64,000 nucleotides of DNA. Source: Bilabrum cf. latius (lineage: Eukaryota). The notes beneath the pieces are model-generated. The model was given only the letters and a program-made list of their open reading frames with translations. It had not been told where the DNA came from and ran no database searches. The stretch spans positions 558,001 to 622,000 of the forward strand of contig OZ237738.1 of NCBI GenBank assembly GCA_965178125.1, written 5' to 3'. This document shows, in pieces, positions 52,410-63,600 of the stretch; within the stretch, counting starts at the first letter, position 1; each line of letters opens with the position of its first letter. The position numbers and the translations under genes are program-made.

Positions 52410-52757
52410 TCAACGACTGCGCCGGCGGCGACGTCCGCCGCCACGACCCCTGCCAGTGGCGGCATTCCGGCGTAATGCACCCACGCCATCATGATAACGA
52501 ACATCAAGCAGCCCTATCTTTCCGCTGCCATACGAGCCCTTTTTAGCACTGCCCACAAGCTTGTCACCTTCCTTCAGTTTCACGCCCTTCGGTGTTGGCA
52601 CCCAGTAGTGTTCTTTGCCGAGGTGCTTGTTCTTGTGGTGCCCCTTGCGCTTGCCCACGACCTTCGTGAGACATACTCGCTTGCCATCCTTGCTGAAGTT
52701 GGAAACCACTCCTTTGAAAGTGACGTCATCGCCATCCTTCAATGGTATAGTTGACAT
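52410..52757 (-). CDS. Small basic beta-rich hypothetical protein (115 aa) with Arg/Gly tail
   Basis: ATG 52757 to TGA 52410-52412. Strong coding-like codon bias (AAG, GGC, GTC). It lies 129 bp from the neighbouring stop, like other gene spacings here. Confidence 0.65.
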   Translation of the reverse strand: MSTIPLKDGDDVTFKGVVSNFSKDGKRVCLTKVVGKRKGHHKNKHLGKEHYWVPTPKGVKLKEGDKLVGSAKKGSYGSGKIGLLDVRYHDGVGALRRNAATGRGRGGGRRRRRSR

Positions 52758-52886
52758 GTTGATATTCTGCAATATCAACAAGGTATTCAATGGATTGGCG
52801 TCTCGAGCTTGACGCCAGTTCCTGGAAATTTACCTGAATCACTGTATCTGCACGCAACACAATAGTACGGAACTTCTTGAAGGTCC

Positions 52887-55070
52887 TCAATACTGCTCTG
52901 GTCCACCCATCAGCTCTTCGGAACCGTGGCTCTGAACCCCGCCAAGACCTCGCATCGACGCAAGCGCGGCTTCAGCAGCTGCCGCTGCCTCATCTGCCAG
53001 CTCGGGTGTAAAGACAGAGTCGTCCTCGGCGACCATCTCAACCCCGCTAAACCCATCCTCCCAAGGCAGGCCCTCCGGTTTCGACTGAGCCTCTTGGCCA
53101 GCTGTACTCGGAAAAGGAGCAAGGCCGGCTTGGTAGATCTGCCTAGAATCACTCGGTTGCTGCATCACGTCACGCGCGCCCTCTCCGCGCTCTACGCCCA
53201 TTTCTCCAGTGAGCAACAAGTCATCGCGACCAGCTCCCTGCATGCCGGACTGGGGGGGACCCTTGCCCAGCACAGGAGGCGCGGGTGGCGACATGGCCTG
53301 AAGCTTTGCTGGGGCGTGAGTGGTGGGCTTGGAGCCGGGCTGGGGATCTCCGAGCACCGTATTGGTCCCACTGGCGATACCCGCCTTTACCTTTGCCTTT
53401 GAAATGGCGGCCTTCTTCGGCCTCTTGCGGATTGGCTTCGAGGATGCCGGCATCTTCCTCCTGCCGGTTGAGGGAGCCTGCTTGACTGCCGATGAGAGGC
53501 GCGACTTTGACGGCGCGGCTGCTGCGGCAGCGCGGGTTCGTGCTGGGGCTGCGGTGCCGGGCCGCGTCCGCCTGGCCACCCGCTTCTTGGGCGCCTGCTT
53601 GGACAGGACGGCCCGTGCCTTCGGGTCAGATGGGATCGCCTCAGTGGTTGTCTAAGCTTCGGCAGCGGACTTCTTCGCTGTCTTCGGTCGCTTTTTCTTC
53701 TTGTTCTTGCTCGCAAGCTTGCGCTTGGTGGCAGCGGTCTTGCTGCTGGCCTCCGGACCAGCATCATCGTCGGCTGGCTTGGCAGGAGCATCTGCAGAGG
53801 TGAGCGTGGATTCGTCCATGCCGTGAGATGGTGTGACGAGTGAAGCCCCCTCGAGCTGCTGCTGTCGCTGCTTCTCATCGTGTTCCCCGGTGGCACCAGC
53901 GGCCTGCAGCTGAGGCGGCGCGCCACCCATCGGTCCGCTGCCACTAGCGCTGCTGGGGCCGGCAGCCGCTTCCATCGGGGAACAAGGCGCGCTGGCAGCC
54001 GCTTCGGTGGCCGCCCCGGGCTCCAGCTTGCTGGGTATCACGCCCTGCGATGACGATCGGTCGCTCGCTCTCGCCGTGTCGATGCCTTGCAGGCCCTGCA
54101 GGGAGTCGAGCCTGCCCTGGGCCAGCCGAGCCAGCACCTCGGCGGCGGGTGCCTGGCCAGGGGCAGGGCGTGCAGGAGTGCCAGTGCCCGCGCCGCTTGA
54201 GCCGTGGATGGCGGCTGCCTTGGACCTGGGGCCTTTCGCTCTCGCACCCGCTGCCTTTCGCTGCTTTGCGTGCCTGCGCTTGCTCCTACCGTGCGCCGCG
54301 GCAGGTGAAGCCCTACCGCCGGAACGCTCGACAGGCAGCTGCGGTGGAGGCACACCCATTGCATCGAGCGCGGTTACTCCGTGCATCTTCTCTCTTGCTA
54401 ATGCATCTTCTCCTTCGTACAGCGACATTGCCTCCCTGAATGCGTCCTTCACTGCGGCCAGCACCGCGTGAATCCTGCCATTGAAAGGAGTCTTGCCGAA
54501 TACGTTGGACACGCGCATGAACTCGGCATGCGTATACACCACGAGCGCAGCGGATACAAGCCTCTGCGGGGTCCAGTACTCCGACCGCGGATAACCCTTT
54601 ACAACCTGCGACTTTGAATTGGGCTTGGGAAGGGCAACCGGAGTGGTCTTGGATGCGGCGCTTTTTGCAAGCAGAGCGCAGCAACATGATCTCCTCACGT
54701 CTATACAAGCTCGCACTACATTCTTTTCATGCAATCCGATCGACTTCGTCATGGAGGTACCAGGAACACAGGAGCAGTCCGTTCCAACGTACACATCCAG
54801 CAACTGCTTCGCAGACCACGAATTGTTTAATGGGTCTGTGAGAAGCTCAGCGAGCACCTGCCTCAACCCTTTCTGGACAGATTCGAACCTTTGCTACAGC
54901 GCTCGCATCGTCCACCCAGAGGCCGCTGAAGGCGATGACAGCCAAACAGGTGTGCGGGCTGTCAACCGTCGCCTCCCAAGCACACGCGGCCTTGGTCTGG
55001 GGCGCATGTCTTTGAGCTTACCATCTCCAGCCGATATCTTTGGATAAGTGTTCGTGTCTACACTGTCCAT
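52887..55070 (-). CDS. Hypothetical protein (about 727 aa), Ala/Lys-rich C-terminal half
   Basis: One frame joined across TAG 54894 and 53652. Stop is TGA 52887-52889. The start is inferred and no domain is recognised. Confidence 0.62.
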
Positions 55071-55284
55071 TTCTTCTTTGGATTTAAACTGCCGCAGTCC
55101 AAACGTCTCCGAAGCGAAACGGGCCTGCTAAGTGCACGCAACCCAGAGATATCTAGATTTTGCTCGTCCCGGACATGACAATGAAACTATGTACAGGTCA
55201 CGTAGCGAAAATAATATAAAAGAAAAATAGCAGCTCATTTCCATTCGAATACGGGACGCGGCAGAGCTGCATGGGTGGCGCCGC

Positions 55285-57270
55285 TCAGCCACGTGACTTG
55301 CCGCCGCCCCCGCGGCCTCGACCGCGACCCCCACGGCCATGACCCCCTCGGCCTCGCCCCCCCCCTCCCCCGCCTCTATGACCGCCAGCCGCACCTCCTC
55401 CATGCAGGATGCTTCCGAACGCACCCCCTCCTGCGCTGCGACCCCCAGCATGATCCCCCCCACCACTTGAGCCCCGGGGCCTACCCCCGCCCCTGCCCCC
55501 GCCCCTGCCCCTGCCGCCGCCCCTGCCCCCGCTCTTCGCCCCGCGACGAGCCGCCGCGCCTCCAGTTTGCCCCCTACTGCCTGCATCTCCCGCACCATGC
55601 CCACCGTGCCCACCACGGCCCCCATGCTCACCGTGACCCCTGGCCCTGGCCCTGGCTGCCAGCCTCTCTGCATTCTTCCTCGATTGCCGGTCGTTCCTGC
55701 GCTGACGCGTCTGCTTTCTCTCCATCTCGCGCTTCTTTAGCGTCTCCGCCAGGTCCTTGGCCTTCTAAATCTGGTCGGCCCTGGCTTCGCTCTCCTCCAT
55801 GAGCTCACCCATGGCATCTCTCACGCCCTTGCCGTCACCCCCCGCACCACCGCGCAATGCACCTTCCTTCCGCGCGATCCCCAGCGCCCCTTCCAGCAGG
55901 TCTGCAGCCCGGGCAGCCTCCGTCTCGAACCTCCTCTGCACCTCGGCGTCGTCCCCCATGGTGGCCGCCAGGTCCCTCCCGTTCTCGAAGGGGTCCTCCA
56001 CCGAGATGCGGGTCTTGTCAGCAGACGGCCATCCTTCCTTCGACCGGAGCTCGCCCAGCCGGATGCTCACCCCGTGCTTGGAGTGGTCCAGGTCCCGCAA
56101 AAACCGGAAGAAGCCCAGGAGGAGGGAGCCCAGGCTCTCTCGGCTGCCGAGGCCACGGGCCATGCGCTGCGACACGAGCGCCCGCGCGAACGGAACGCTG
56201 CCGGCGTAACGACCCTTGAAGCCTTCGACGTCTACCGACACGCTCCCGAGCGAGCCTTCCTCCTCCTCGTCATCGTCGTCGTCGTCGCCGTCCTTCTTGC
56301 CCTCGCCCCCCCTGGTGCTTGTGACCGCCTCGGCCCACCGGTCGCAAGCCTCGAGCACTTGCTCGTCCTGCAGGCAGGGGAGCACGCCCCGGATCTGCAG
56401 GAACCCAATCACGAGCAGGACCCACGAATAGGAAGACAATCCTCCCTCCCTGGCCTCCCCCAATCCCCGCAATTTGGCCCATTTCTTCACCAGGAAGCAT
56501 AGGGGCCGGACCCGATCCAAGGGATAGTCGCACATCACGTAGGCTCGCAGGAGGGCGCTGTTGTGCAGAGCGAGCATGTTGTTGAAGCACATGTCGCAAT
56601 CAAGGCCAGAGCGCCTGTGGATGAACTTGAGGATCGGGACACGGGCGAAGGCGATCGCCTCGGTTAGGTCGAACGAGTGGCTCCGCCTGATCCCATTCTC
56701 CATCGCTCGGAACGCAGGAGTTGCCCCGTTGCCCAAGCGACGCCGGCCTTTCGGCGCCTAACCAGATTCAATCATTCGCTGGCGCTTTTGCTCCGCTGTC
56801 TCCGCTGTTGACTTCTTCCTGCCTACAAAACAGAGATCGACGTCCGTCCCGCGAGCTCCCAGGCCAGTAGCAGTGCTCCCAAAGACATGCGCTCGTGCAT
56901 GCTTGTCCTTCCTGCCTATTTCTTTACTTATAATCTCCTGCAAGTCGTGTAGAATTTCCATGCGAACTAGCTCTTCGTCGGCAGTCTGTCGCAACTCCAA
57001 AAAGCGATCAACCACCGCCTCGCTCAGCTCTTTGAATCCTGACCTGCTTCCAGCCGCCGATGACTCGCTCGATTCAACACACAACTTTTCATCGGTCATG
57101 ACTCGTAGCACCTTTTCGCCCTTCTTGAGCGCTTCTTCGCGGGCTGCAGTCTCGTGATCTGTAACGCCTGCGGCTAATGCTGCATTCGTCGCGTCGTAAT
57201 CATACTTTGCGACAGAGTACCACCCACTCGAAGCTTTGATTTTGCCTCCTGATGATGCAGTTGCTGCCAT
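55285..57270 (-). CDS. Cid1-family terminal nucleotidyltransferase (TUTase / non-canonical poly(A) polymerase) with RGG-rich tail
   Basis: Motifs are VFGSTATGLGARGTDVDLC (GS..DxD), ARVPILKF, DCDMCFNN, NSALLRAY, VKKWAK, LSSYSWVLLVIGFLQ and ISVEDPFE. TAG 56758 separates the DxD motif from the third catalytic Asp, and a second TAG is at 55765. Stop is TGA 55285-55287. Confidence 0.9.
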
Positions 57271-57448
57271 TTTTGCAGCTCTTGTGCGCTACACGGTTCT
57301 CGCGAGATGGCTTTTCTTGATATCCGAAACCACTCGTTACTTCAAAATCCAGGCCGCCCCGGGTGCCCGCCAGGGGCACCCCAAAAGCGGACCGTGTTGC
57401 TTTTCGCTCGCGTCATTTGTTCGACACTCACCCGAAAAACACCACAGC

Positions 57449-60400
57449 TCAAAAGTAGTCATCATCGTACCCGCTCGTCAGGGCGTCCCTCGCAGCCAGC
57501 AGGCGCGCGATGTCCCTGTCGTCCTGCAGACCCAGAAACTCGCGAGTCCAATCCTCCGTGGCCACGGTCAACTCCTGCCCCGTCACCTCGCCCTGCTGCA
57601 GAGGCCCCACCAGATGCGCCAGGGCAGGGTGTCCCCTGACCCAGGACTGCACATCCTCTGCTTCCCAGAGGGACACCTCGTCCTCCCCCCTCGGGCGGAC
57701 GGCGCCCACCAGCTCCTTCAAAATCTGCTCTTCTGATTTCTCCTGGGAAGCAACCGGAGCCTTGGCTGGTGGCGACCCTTCCTATCCCGAAAGTCCTCCA
57801 GCACTAGCACCTGCCTTTTCCTCTGCATCATCGACCCCCTCGGCTGCCGTAGTGCCACTGCTGTCGACTGCTTGGGCTGCCTCGGCATCCCGGCGCTCCT
57901 GCTCCAGCTGCTCTTGTTCTCTGGCAGCCGCCAGCTCCAGCACCTCGTCTGCCCCCTCGATTGAAGACGTTTCCGATACCGGCACGGACCCCGCCGCGTC
58001 TCGCTGTCGCCTCGCGGCTGCTGTGCTCCCGCCCTCCTGCTGCTTCTCCTGCTGCTGCTGCTTCTCCTGCTGCTGCCCCTTCTCACCTGCGATACTGCTG
58101 TCAGCAGCGTGTGTCGGAGACAATGACCCGTCACTGCCGTCGGCAGTGCCACCAGTCTCCTGGCCCTGCTCGCCGCGCGCGCCGATCGTGGTGCGATAGG
58201 TCGGAGACACGATGCCCGCCTGCCCCCCGTCCTGCTAGTCCTCGTCCTCCTCCTCGAAATCGCTGCCGTAGTCGTCATCATCCCCGTCACCGTAATCAAA
58301 TCCACCTGTAGCCGCGCCTTGTCTTGTCTTTGTCGCAGCAGATGCATTCGTGTGGAGCCCTAATCCTAGGCCCAGACCACGGCCTGACCGCTTGGCCGCC
58401 CCCCCCTCACTCTGAGACCCAGACCCAGTGGAGCCAGATGCCACCGCAGCTCGCCCGCCCGCATCCGCACCACGTGCACCGCTCGCAAACTTGTCACCTT
58501 CACCATCGTCGAAATCGCTGTCCCCGTCTGCTGCCTCCTGCTCGGCGGCCATATCGGCCAAGCTGCCCTGAAGCACCACGCTGGGCTGCTTGCCCACCCC
58601 GCCCAGGGGACCACCTAGGGGATTTCCCCCGAGCGGCTCCTCCCCTGGCAGCACCACGCCAGCCCCCCCATCATCCTCCTCTTCGAAGCTCTCAGAGGCG
58701 GCATCGTCGCCCTCCCCCCCACCAAGCATGTCTCCCAGCACGGCATTGCGATCTCGTCCTTCCACATCTTGCTGCCCGTTGCCATGAGCGCTGGTCTCAT
58801 TGTTCCCATCACCAACGGCTTCGCCATCATTCCCATCGCCAACGGCTTGGCCATCGTTCCCATCACCAACGGCTTGGCCATCGCCCCGACCGCCTCCGTG
58901 GCCGCGCACAGTCCCCTGCGCCTCTCCCTCTGCGTGTCCCAGCCCGAATGCTCCGCTGGTGCTGTCGTCCTAGAAACTGTCAGAGTACGCGGATCCAGGA
59001 GACACCATGGCCTCGCGCAACGCAGCGGCGGCTAGACCACTGCCTCCTCGCCCTTGCTCCTTGCCTGGTGTAGTTAACGAAGCCACTGCCTCCCTACTTC
59101 CATCGTCTATCTCACCCCCAGATTCAGTCTTCCGCTAGTGGATGGATGACGGATTGCTTGGAATCACCGGTGGGGGTGCCTTGATGGGGGTCCCGGATGG
59201 TGCAGAGGCTAGCGTGGTCTGGGTGGATGGACCCGGGGAGGATGCTGCCGGTACGATCGGAGGGTCGGCAGGCTCGGATGCCGTGGGCTTGGCCCCTTCG
59301 TTCTCTCCATTTGTTCCCTGGGACAGGGCCTCTCGAGGCGGCGCACGCCCACCGCCAAAACCGGTCGGGAATGCATCCCCGAATCCGCTGCCAAACGCGC
59401 CCCCTTGCCCCTTCCCGGACCGGGTGCTACCAGAGAATGGGCTCTTGGGCGCGAGCGGGGACCGAGGCGAGCTCTGGGAGAAGACAGAAGATCCATCCCC
59501 GCTCCCACTGCCACTGTTTCCGCTCGGAGACGCCTTGGCAGGCTCGTCATCCTGGCCCTGGCCCTGGCCCTCGTCACCGGCACCGTGCAAACTGCCCGCT
59601 GCACCAGCAGGCCCTGCGACTAGCGGTTGCAGAAGGTCTCTTCGTGGCGGGGTTCGTCCATGCAGCGCGCTGCTGGCCTTCTGTGAGCGGGGGCTCTCCA
59701 CGCTCGGTCTCGTCTGGTCGGAGTGGGAGTGAGCACTGGATCTCTCCTCCGAGTCGGCATCCTCTGCGGTCGGCTGCAGCCGCTGCTTTGATGCGCCAGA
59801 GGAGACTTCAAGCTGTGGCTACCGAAAGGGCTTGCTGGAGCCCTCATACCCAGCTAGCGCCGTGGCAGTGGGGAGCGATGGCGAGCCCTTCTCCACCACC
59901 CACCGTCTCGCTGCTCGGGACTGCCGCAACTGCTGCTTCAGAGCTGCAACCTCAAGGTGCGCCTTGTCTGCTTTCTTCTAAACCTCTTGCAGCTTTTCCT
60001 GAAGAGCCATTTTTTCAGCTTCCGTTGCCTGCAGCTATGCTGATGTTCTCGCAGTCTCTGCCCTGCAAGCCTCGGCGTCCAGCTTGGCCTTTCGCAAGGT
60101 AGCGGTGAGCCATTGGAGCTCATCTTGCATGCCGGTCTCTGTTTTTGAAAGCTGTCGCTTCAACTAGTTTAAATATTCCTCAGACTTAGCGACATTCTCC
60201 TGCGCAAGCTCGTACTGTCGCATGCTACGCTGCGCGTCTTCTTCGGCTTGCGATGCTCGGCGGTTGGCTGCATCTCGTTCGGCCTAGGCCTGCATGATTA
60301 ATTCGTCATCTTGTTGTTTCTATTCTTCTGCTGCTCGCAAAGAAGCTGCCTGCACTTCAGAGTTTAGGTGCTCCGAGAATTGAGATTTCAGATCGTCTTG

Positions 60401-60508
60401 GACCTGCTATAGCTCGTCGGCTCTGACGTACCGAGGCATGGTTCCTTTGTCTCTCTAAGCAATAAACTCGTCCAAAACAGATCGTAGCTCGACAGCAACC
60501 TGCTACAT
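57449..60508 (-). CDS. Coiled-coil protein with C-terminal SAM-like domain (about 1019 aa)
   Basis: ATG 60508 is followed by TAG as codon 2. There are 13 TAG in all, and the stop is TGA 57449-57451. The N-terminal 200 aa or so read as an E/Q/K/A-rich coiled coil. The C-terminal VSLWEAEDVQSWV..EVTGQEL..FLGL is SAM-like. Confidence 0.75.
58797..58882 (-). repeat. Three copies of a 27-bp coding repeat (DG[Q/E]AVGDGN)
   Basis: CCATC(A/G)CCAACGGCTT(C/G)GCCATC occurs three times at 27-bp spacing. Confidence 0.8.
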
Positions 60509-60617
60509 GTTGTGAGGCCCTGAACGCCCAGATTCTAGACAACGTCGCCAACGGCTTGCATGTGTCGTCACGGCGTGACGAGTGCTGCAGCAGGGCCAGC
60601 ACACTGTACACACACGA

Positions 60618-63600
60618 TCACTGCTCTTGCCCTTCCTTGCGCTCCCCAGCCTTCGCCTTCTTCTTTTTCTTCTTCTTGCCCCCCTTTCGCCGCAGCCCCT
60701 GCGACTTGCCCTTGCCCACCCGCGAGGACGGATCGAACGCCCCAACAAGCGGTGCGTGGCCACCAGAGCCGGCCGGCAGAACCGCAGCTGCCAGCGGTGA
60801 GGACCCACCTGCCTGCGCGCCATCCACGGCCAGCCCTCCCGTCTCGTCGACTCCCGCTGCCTCCTCTGACGGCTTCGAATCAGCAGAGCTAGTGCGAGCC
60901 CCTGCCCTGCGCGTGTCGGTCTTTTTCGTGTCCATCTTTCTCTTCTTGGTTCCCTTGCCACCGCCCGCGCTTGCCTTGGGCTTGGACGAACCGACGTGCT
61001 TGAGCCCTTTGAGCGCGGTGGCCGCTTCGCCTGCAGACATGCCCACCATCGCAGTGGCAATCCCGGAGTGAGCTCGCGATCGAGCCTTCTCTGCTCCCTC
61101 TTGTTCCTCCTCCTACTCCTCATCATCATTTTCCCGTGCTCCCACTCCGACGCCTGAGCCCCCACTGTCTCCTGCCCCGTCCCTGCCTTCGGGGGGGCCA
61201 CCGGCTCCCGGTGTGGTCGCGCCACCGTCATCATCGCCACCGCCGGCACCGCCACCGCCACCGCCAGTCCCATCCTCGCCGGTCCCCTAGGCCACTGCCC
61301 CGAGCCTGGCGGCATGTGCGGCGCCCCCGCTGTCCAGGCCTTCCAGTGCGGACACAATACGGGCCACGAGCGCCGGCTTGGCTGTGTCTCTTGACAGCCC
61401 GAACGCCGACAGGATGTCCCCACTGGAATCAGCGAACGGCCGTCGCCGGAACAGCAGGCCGCCGTGAAGACCGCTCTGCCGGAGGCGATTCACCCTGCCC
61501 GGCTGCTTGGCCGGGTCGATCCCCAGCGAGCTGCAGAGCCAGTCCACGCAGTTCTCGTTGGTCCAAGCCTCCAGTCTGCTGGGAAATCGCGGCACCGGGT
61601 TCCACCTCAGGTGCCTCATCTGCGCGATCTGGCCCTCCATGTCGAATCCGCCCTGAGCTAGGAAGCGCACCCCCGCCAGGATGGACCTACGGTGCAACGG
61701 ATTCGAGACGCCGAGTCCGCCCGCCGCCGTGGACGACAGCACTGATGCGGGCGATCCAACGGGCACTGCGTCACCCGATTCACGACTACCCAACGCACGC
61801 GGCTCTCGCTCCAGCATGCCCTCGTCCAGCCGAAGGAGGTCAGGGGGGCGCACTCTGGCACGGGTAAAGGAGGACGCGAGCTGTGGCAGGCCAATGGACG
61901 GCAGCCACTCGTCCACGATCCAGCCCTCGGGCAGACGCTCGGCGCGCCTGAGGGCCTCCTCGCGCCTCTCCTGAGCAGCTGCCGCACGCCGACGCGCCGC
62001 TTCCTGCGGTGTGATCACCACGCTGCTGCCTGCGTCCGTACCGATATCGAGCTCCGCGGGCCCCCCGCTCGCTCCCCGGAAGCCGCGCCCGTGAGGCCGG
62101 TGCACTGGCGTGTCTCCCAAACCCCCCATGCCGGACGGGGTACCAGACGGAGATGGATACGAGTCCCTGCGAGACTCCTGAGGGTCCTGCCCTCCAGCCG
62201 CCGCCCCCCACACGCCCGCCTATGCCTTCCCGTCCCCACCATGACCTACCGCCCGTGCTACACCAGGTACATCCTCACCGGCAGCACCCCCAGCCCCGGT
62301 GTGGTCTGTGACGGCGAGGATGCCGGACCTCGGTCCAGGCGGGTACTAGTCGAGCCCCTGGCCCTGCCCCTGGCCCTGTGCCGAGGCACGATACAACTCG
62401 CTCCCGGCATCCGAAGCGCGATCCAGCGCACTCATGTCGTCTCCGGCCCCGGCACCGCCCCCGCCCCACGAGCTTCCCCGCCCTGCCCCAGCCAGCCCCT
62501 GGGGATACGCATGGAAAGACGCCGGATCCGCGCCGGAATCTCCCGCCAGCAACCGCTCCAGTGCCGCGTCCACGTCACCGCGGGTCATCATGCCCTTAAG
62601 CGCGGCGGTGAAGCGGCGACGATGACCCTTCTGCGTGATCCTGATTGCTGCGGCAACCGGCTTGAAGGTGGCTATTCCGCGAGGCGCAACCCGCAGCTCT
62701 GGTCGCCCAAGGTGGCGCGCAGCCCCATACCCCGCGTTAAAGACCATGTCCACCATCACCGCGCCAGCAGGACCCTCCGCCCCGGCCAGGTCGAGGGCAC
62801 CGTGGGCGTACTGGCCCATGTGCAACCGAGCATCAAGCCAGGCGGCCACCTCGGCGCCGTTCCAATCCACCAGTCGCCGCCCGTTTCTCGCGGCATCGGA
62901 CACCACGTTCTTGGCAGACCGGCCCAGGTATGCCGCGGGCGCGCCATCTTCCAGCGCACGGGTGGCCGCCGCGAAGGAGGTTGGCCTGGGCTTGCCTGCA
63001 GCGTCTGCAGCCGCGAACGACGAGGTTCTACGTTCCCTTTCACCCACCGATTCGCCGCCGGCAACGCCGGTCGCGTACATCTGAGAGCCTTCGATGGCGT
63101 CAGCAGCATCTGCTGCTCGCTGGCGATCCGTGACTTGGTGCACGCCGGCCCACTCACCGCTCACCACGCTCCCGCTGGCGCTGCTCCCGCGCCTCCTGCT
63201 GCGGCGGCTCCTCCTCCTGTGCCGATCGTCTTCGATGCCCTTGGCGCCCAAGCCAGTCGCGTACATTGCCGAGGCATCCACGTGGTCCTGGCTCTCTTCC
63301 TTGCGCAGAGCCAGCTGCTGCGTGCTCTGCTGGCCCACGTGTTGCGGCGGATTGTAGCCCGCGAGACCGCCGCCCCCTTCGTCGTCCATGGTGCCGTACG
63401 AGCCCGCACCGCCGGAGCCAGGCGCTGCCGCCTGCTGGGCACTTTGTTCCAGCCCCACCTGGTCCTGGTCCTGGTCCTGGTTCTGCAGCAGGGGCGCTTT
63501 GAGCCCGGCATCCTCCTCTGCGGATCGCGCTCGGCCCACCGCCGCGGCGCCGTGGCTGCGCGCGGACCGAATGCGGCCGCGACCCATCCGTCGCGAAGGC

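Noticed and set aside
51563-52507. Minus-strand frame that stays open if TAG is read through
   Set aside because: It has no coding-like composition or domain and overlaps both neighbouring genes. Long chance ORFs are expected once TAG is not a stop.
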